The position numbers and the translations under genes were made by a program. A stretch of 64,000 nt of DNA from an uncultured Candidatus Actinomarina sp. (GTDB lineage Bacteria > Actinomycetota > Acidimicrobiia > Actinomarinales > Actinomarinaceae), in contig CACPJC010000003.1 of assembly GCA_902634185.1 (NCBI GenBank), forward strand, positions 32,369 to 96,368, in the 5' to 3' direction. Numbering within the stretch: position 1 is the stretch's first letter; every line of letters starts with the position of its first letter. Under the pieces are notes generated by a model. That model was not told the DNA's origin. It did not search any database and was given only the letters and a program-made list of their open reading frames with translations. Positions 59,016-64,000 of this stretch are shown here, in pieces.

Positions 59016-59817
59016 TTAAATCGTATATATTATTAACTTTTTCTTTAGTTATCGATGATATAATCTTTGCAATTTCTCTCTTTGGAACCCTATACTCAAT
59101 CAACTTTTTCGCTAGATCTTCACTGTTTATATCAATAGTTTTTATTTTTTGTGATTTATCAATTACGAGGGTTACCTCTCCTTTATATTCAGTATCTGGA
59201 ATATCTCTTAAGAGGGTCGCAGCAGTACCCCTATAAATTGTTTCAAATTTTTTCGTAAGCTCTCTGCATACAACTATTTCATTTTCTATGTTTTTATTAA
59301 CAAATTCCTCAAGGTCTTTCTTTAATCTATTTGGAGAAGTAAAACATATTAATGTCAATTGAGTTTCCTGAATATTGTTAAAAAATTCAGCTCTTTCTTT
59401 TCCTGATTTTGGAACAAAACCCAAAAACGTAAATTTTTCTGTATCAAAACCTGACAAAGTCAAAGCAACTAAAACACTTGATGGGCCAGGTATAGATACA
59501 ATTTCAACGTTACTTTTTACTAATTTCTTAACAAGCGTATTGCCAGGATCAGAGATGAGAGGCGTTCCAGCATCTGAAATCATTGCAATCGACTTATCAT
59601 CGTCTAATAAATTAAGTATCTCATTAATTTTTTTTACTTCATTTCCTTTGAAATATGAGCGGACTTCTTTTTTTTGGTTCAAATGTGATAATAATTTTTT
59701 TGCTACACGTGTATCTTCAGCATAAACAATATCTACATCAGATAAAACCTGGACCAATCTTGTTGATATGTCGTTTAAGTTCCCAATGGGAGTTGGACAA
59801 ATGTAAAAAGTTCCCAT
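59002..59817 (-). CDS. rsmI: 16S rRNA 2'-O-ribose C1402 methyltransferase (tetrapyrrole-methylase fold)
   Basis: MGTFYICPTPIGNLNDIS...YAEDTR. Start taken at the internal Met, which avoids overlap with the upstream gene. Confidence 0.8.
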   Translation of the reverse strand: MGTFYICPTPIGNLNDISTRLVQVLSDVDIVYAEDTRVAKKLLSHLNQKKEVRSYFKGNEVKKINEILNLLDDDKSIAMISDAGTPLISDPGNTLVKKLVKSNVEIVSIPGPSSVLVALTLSGFDTEKFTFLGFVPKSGKERAEFFNNIQETQLTLICFTSPNRLKKDLEEFVNKNIENEIVVCRELTKKFETIYRGTAATLLRDIPDTEYKGEVTLVIDKSQKIKTIDINSEDLAKKLIEYRVPKREIAKIISSITKEKVNNIYDLIKNL

Positions 59818-59818
59818 T

Positions 59819-61210
59819 TTAAAAACTTGTATTACATTGTTCACTAGAACAATTATTTAGAAAAGATACCATGAATTCTATATCGTTTGATAATGCCAGT
59901 CTTAGATAATTTCCATCATTATATATCCAAAAGTTTGTATCACCTTCATATAAAATTCCTTTCCAGCTTGAATTGCTCGAACTTTTAATAAATCTTGTTT
60001 GGAAATCTGCCCAATTTTGGAATGCATCTGCAATCTCATTCAATTCATTAACATCATCACCTGATATCTTGACTGTCATAAATAAATCGTTTGAGTCATT
60101 AATATAGTCAACCCAAGATCCGCCACCCAAACCAATTGCTGCATTAACTGCCTCGTTTTTACCTATTTTGGTTTGGAGCAGATATACCAGGTCTAATGAA
60201 TCAATTTTTCCTTCGTCAATGACTGTAAAATTTTCTAACTCTAAAGTTTCAATATCAACATAAATATATGGTTCTTCAGAAAAATATTTTTCTGGTGAGT
60301 ATATTTGTTCAGCGGTAGGTAATTTATAAAGAGCTTCATTAAGTGCTTCCATTTTTCCTTTAGAGTGAATCTGTTTACCTAACTTACCTCCAAAATCATA
60401 ATAAAGATCTAATGGTATATAAAAATATTCTGGAAGTGATACCGAGCATCTGAAATTTGGCCGTTCTGAAGCCATTCTTTGCCTATCATAGGAATCTAAA
60501 TTAGATTCCCAATATGCTTGAACTAAATCTGCTTGAGCTTCTATGATGGACCTTCTGCCAGGATAATTCATAAAATCATCATTGTCTTTCATAGTTGTAT
60601 ACCATTCAGAAAGATCAACTATTTGACCTTGAAGCGAATGTACTAATTCATGTACTATCACAGATTGTTCCCAAAGATTCAACTTTGTCTGATTACGTTT
60701 AATTGGAACTCGTAATATTTGATCAAGTAAATTGTATGAACCAGCTGATGCACATCTTTGAAATTCTACTATCAACTCTTTCATTTTTTCAGGAGATGCG
60801 TTTGTTAGACCCCACATATTTTCTGATAACACAGCCCTCTCCCACTCTCCTTCTTCATAATCTTTTTCAAAATCGTCAAGATAAGAGGCGGCACTATAAT
60901 CTCTGTATCCATCTAATGTATACAAATTAAATTTTGGATATTCTGAGTAAGACAAGCCTGTTCTTTTTTCAACAAACGCAATAAGTTCATCAAATTGCTG
61001 TTTCATTTCTGGGCTTACGTCAAGCAATTCAATTCCAAATTCATCGACGACAATTTCCTCATCAATGTTTTGAACTGTTGTAGTAGTGGAAGATGTTGTA
61101 GTTGAGCTTGTCGTTGTTGAAGTTTCAAGAACTTCTGGCTCAGCTTCAGTATCTAAAGTACAGCTAGAAACTAAGCATAAAACAAGTAAATAATTTATAT
61201 ATTTTCTCAT
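59819..61210 (-). CDS. lipoprotein with Ser/Thr-rich linker and HExxH (zincin-like) domain
   Basis: Lipobox LVSSC. TSTTTSSTTTSSTTTT linker. VIVHELVHSLQGQ. Confidence 0.5.
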   Translation of the reverse strand: MRKYINYLLVLCLVSSCTLDTEAEPEVLETSTTTSSTTTSSTTTTVQNIDEEIVVDEFGIELLDVSPEMKQQFDELIAFVEKRTGLSYSEYPKFNLYTLDGYRDYSAASYLDDFEKDYEEGEWERAVLSENMWGLTNASPEKMKELIVEFQRCASAGSYNLLDQILRVPIKRNQTKLNLWEQSVIVHELVHSLQGQIVDLSEWYTTMKDNDDFMNYPGRRSIIEAQADLVQAYWESNLDSYDRQRMASERPNFRCSVSLPEYFYIPLDLYYDFGGKLGKQIHSKGKMEALNEALYKLPTAEQIYSPEKYFSEEPYIYVDIETLELENFTVIDEGKIDSLDLVYLLQTKIGKNEAVNAAIGLGGGSWVDYINDSNDLFMTVKISGDDVNELNEIADAFQNWADFQTRFIKSSSNSSWKGILYEGDTNFWIYNDGNYLRLALSNDIEFMVSFLNNCSSEQCNTSF

Positions 61211-61263
61211 AGGACTTAAGAATAATTGTAATCTTAACTATTGAGATACAAATAGGAGGATTC

Positions 61264-61671
61264 ATGGTAAAAGAGTTTAGAAATTTTATCAACAGAGGAA
61301 ATGTTGTTGAACTTGGGGTTGCATTTGTTATGGGTGCATCATTCAAATCATTAGTAGATGTATTTACTAAAAGGTTAATAGAGCCATTAATTGGATTAAT
61401 TATTAATCTTCCAAACCTAGACAATCTTGGACTTTTTGGTGATGTAGATCCTAACTCTGGATTGCAATCAGGTAGTTTTGGAGCATTTCTTGGAGAGATA
61501 ATCAATTATTTAATCATTGCATTTGTGATGTTTCTAGTCATTAAGGCTTACAATCATTTTGAAGATATGGTTGATGACGAAGATAATGAAGAAGTTGTTG
61601 CTACAGAATCAAAAGAAGTAACCCTTCTTAAACAAATAAGAGATGGTATAAATAATTTACAAACTAAGTAA
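61264..61671 (+). CDS. mscL: large-conductance mechanosensitive channel
   Basis: MVKEFRNFINRGNVVELGVAFVMGASF. 135 aa. Confidence 0.9.
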   Translation: MVKEFRNFINRGNVVELGVAFVMGASFKSLVDVFTKRLIEPLIGLIINLPNLDNLGLFGDVDPNSGLQSGSFGAFLGEIINYLIIAFVMFLVIKAYNHFEDMVDDEDNEEVVATESKEVTLLKQIRDGINNLQTK

Positions 61672-61682
61672 AGTAACAACCA

Positions 61683-63446
61683 ATGAAACAAAATAATCTA
61701 AGAGATTTATATAAATACGCTCAACAAAATCAAACAAAAGTTAAAAGAGGAATCCTCTATTCAATTTTAAATAAATTGTTCGATCTCGCTCCTCCGGTCT
61801 TGATTGGTATAGCAATTGATATTGTTGTGGAGGGATCTGATTCTTTCATTGGTTCATTTGGGTTTGAAGACAGACGACAACAATTAATTATTCTTGCATT
61901 TATTACTTTTGTAATTTGGGGTTTAGAATCAATTTTTGATTATGTCGCAGCAGTTACTTGGAGAAATATTGCACAAGATCTACAACATTCCTTACGTACT
62001 GAAACTTTTGAAAAAACACTGGATTTAGATTTATCTTTTTTTGAGAATAAATCTTCTGGACGCCTAATGGCAATATTGAATGACGATGTAAATCAAATGG
62101 AACAGTTTTTAAATGAAGCAGCTAATCGTTTAATTCAGACAGCAACAACCGTTATAGTCATCGGTGGAACCTTTATTTATATATCACCTTTAGTTGCAGT
62201 TTTTGCATTTATTCCAATTCCAGTAATCATTTTTGGATCTTATAAATTTACACAAAGAATTGCCGAAAGATATTCAAAAATACGAAATAATGTTGAATCA
62301 TTAAATGCTCATCTTTCTAATTCAATAACAGGAGTACTAACAGTAAAGAGTTTTAATAGAAAAGACAGAGAGTATAAAAGAATTGACGAAGCATCGAAAG
62401 AGGTAAAAACTGCAAATTATGAAGCAATAAAACTATCTGCCGCATTCATACCCATCATAAGAATTGCAATATTATTTGGCTTTACTGCGACACTTCTCAT
62501 CGGTGGATTTCTTGCTCTAGACGGGCAAATCAAAGTTGCTATGTACTCTGTCATGTTATTTATTACTCAAAGACTTTTATGGCCTTTGACCGAATTAGGA
62601 ATGATTTTTGATGTTTATCAAAAAGCAATGGCATCTTTTAGAAGAATTATCAATTTGAAAGAAACTAAACCACTAATCAACGATGGAAATACCTTTATGG
62701 AGGAACTTAAAGAAAGTATTAGATTTGAAAATCTTAATTTTGAATACGTCTCTGACTTTCCCGTATTGAAAGATGTAAACATCGAAATTATGAAAGGAAA
62801 AACAACGGCAATCGTTGGGAGTACAGGATCTGGTAAATCAACACTAATAAAATTAATTCTCAGATTTTATGAAAAAAATTCTGGAAAAATATTTTTTGAT
62901 AACAATGAAATTGAATCTTTAGTAATTGATAGTCTTCGAAGCAAAATAGGACTTGTAAGCCAAGATGTATTTTTGTTTGAGGGAACTGTTTTTGAAAATA
63001 TAGCTTATGGAAATATAGATGCGTCAACAGAAGACGTATGGAATGCTGCCCGTTTATCTGAATCTGATAAATTTATAAGTGAACTTCCTAATCAAGAAAA
63101 TACTATTGTTGGTGAGCGAGGGCAGAAACTTTCGGGCGGACAAAGACAAAGAATATCTATTGCTAGAGCAATATTGAAAAATCCTGAGATTTTAATCCTT
63201 GATGAAGCAACTTCAGCCGTTGATAATGAAACTGAGGCTGCAATTCAGGAGTCTCTTGAGACATTAAAAGAAGGAAGAACGGTAATTGCTATAGCCCATA
63301 GACTTTCTACTATAAGAAATGCTGACTTAATTTATGTATTAGAGTCAGGTGAGATAGTTGAGTATGGTACTCATGATGAACTACTGAACAGCCAAGGTGT
63401 GTACGCAAAATTATGGGATGTTCAAACAGGAAAGATAAAAAGATAA
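61683..63446 (+). CDS. ABC exporter, fused permease/ATPase (MsbA/Cyd-like)
   Basis: 6-TM domain. Walker A GSTGSGKST. LSGGQRQRISIAR. ILILDEATSAVD. Confidence 0.85.
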   Translation: MKQNNLRDLYKYAQQNQTKVKRGILYSILNKLFDLAPPVLIGIAIDIVVEGSDSFIGSFGFEDRRQQLIILAFITFVIWGLESIFDYVAAVTWRNIAQDLQHSLRTETFEKTLDLDLSFFENKSSGRLMAILNDDVNQMEQFLNEAANRLIQTATTVIVIGGTFIYISPLVAVFAFIPIPVIIFGSYKFTQRIAERYSKIRNNVESLNAHLSNSITGVLTVKSFNRKDREYKRIDEASKEVKTANYEAIKLSAAFIPIIRIAILFGFTATLLIGGFLALDGQIKVAMYSVMLFITQRLLWPLTELGMIFDVYQKAMASFRRIINLKETKPLINDGNTFMEELKESIRFENLNFEYVSDFPVLKDVNIEIMKGKTTAIVGSTGSGKSTLIKLILRFYEKNSGKIFFDNNEIESLVIDSLRSKIGLVSQDVFLFEGTVFENIAYGNIDASTEDVWNAARLSESDKFISELPNQENTIVGERGQKLSGGQRQRISIARAILKNPEILILDEATSAVDNETEAAIQESLETLKEGRTVIAIAHRLSTIRNADLIYVLESGEIVEYGTHDELLNSQGVYAKLWDVQTGKIKR

Positions 63447-63447
63447 A

Positions 63448-64000
63448 TTAATTTGTTATTTTTGAAACTATTGATTCTCCAATAGCTAAAGAAGCGGTTG
63501 CTGCAGGACTTGGTGAATTAAGGACATGTAAAGAATTTTCTCCCTCTTCAAAAAGAAAGTCATCGACTAAATTCCCATCTTTATCAACAGCTTGTGCTCT
63601 TACACCAGATGGTATTTGTTTGATATCTTTTAGATTTACTCCATTAATTAATTTTTGAATCTCTTTTACAAAAATTTTTTTATTTAATGATCTATACATT
63701 TCAGAAATTCCTGTCCTGAAATATTTTTTCCCTAGTTTGAGCATTCCGGGGAAAGTCAAAACTTTTGTTAAATCTACAAAATTAATATCTGTCCATTTAT
63801 ATCCTTCTTTTGAAAAAGCCAGTACTGCATTTGGTCCAGCCTCAATGTCACCATTTGCAGTTTTTGTTAAATGTATACCTAGGAATGGAAGATCAGGATC
63901 AGCCAATGGATAAATCATATTGTTTAGAATTTTATTTTTTGTGTTACTTATTTTGTAATACTCTCCCCTAAAAGGAATTATTTTTACATTTGGAGACATA
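63448..64000 (-). CDS. FAD-dependent oxidoreductase, L-2-hydroxyglutarate oxidase-like (C-terminal part, N-terminus beyond window)
   Basis: The C-terminal KIIPFRGEYY and the surrounding region resemble the LhgO/L2HGDH C-terminus. The ORF is open to the window edge. Confidence 0.45.
   Translation of the reverse strand, partial: MSPNVKIIPFRGEYYKISNTKNKILNNMIYPLADPDLPFLGIHLTKTANGDIEAGPNAVLAFSKEGYKWTDINFVDLTKVLTFPGMLKLGKKYFRTGISEMYRSLNKKIFVKEIQKLINGVNLKDIKQIPSGVRAQAVDKDGNLVDDFLFEEGENSLHVLNSPSPAATASLAIGESIVSKITN

Overview
This 64-kb window looks like chromosomal DNA from a low-GC actinobacterium, probably a streamlined marine lineage such as Actinomarinales, though the lineage is an inference. 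Actinobacterial hallmarks: a WhiB regulator, a PIG-L/MshB-like deacetylase, Ni-superoxide dismutase with its SodX maturation peptidase, and KorAB 2-oxoglutarate:ferredoxin oxidoreductase. Gene order is Mycobacterium-like: hom-thrC ... rho-rpmE-prfA-prmC-tsaC-glyA-atpBEFHAGDC, and glmU-prs / ispE-ksgA-tatD. Most of the window is core housekeeping: amtB, metG, the F1Fo ATP synthase operon, translation and termination factors, and isoprenoid and cell-wall precursor genes. A contiguous ~10-kb phosphate supercluster runs pstSCAB-phoU-response regulator-minimal histidine kinase-ppk-histidine phosphatase-ppx. The main accessory feature is a ~12-kb cell-surface island (35051-46932) inserted between thrC and rho, where thrB sits in the Mycobacterium tuberculosis gene order. 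It is dominated by a 3003-aa ORF with a signal peptide, about 17 near-identical ~100-aa Ig-like tandem repeats and a 30-residue poly-Thr tract. The same reading frame then encodes a canonical LAATG cell-wall sorting signal (LAATG + hydrophobic segment + RKRK), a ~135-aa coiled-coil linker, a second transmembrane helix and a complete class E sortase catalytic domain (GHR ... TLTTCHP ... R). I know of no described architecture in which a sortase substrate and its sortase are one polypeptide. Other notable items: a tandemly duplicated PstS; KorA flanked by duplicated HeH-like motifs and acidic EPVVE minisatellite repeats; a multidomain secreted metzincin; a CRP-type TGTGA-N6-TCACA palindrome upstream of whiB; a GlnR-box-like repeat upstream of amtB; a Pho-box-like direct repeat upstream of pstS; and a probable ATT-initiated ppx. 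No CRISPR array, transposase or integrase was found. One tRNA-Gln gene is present.
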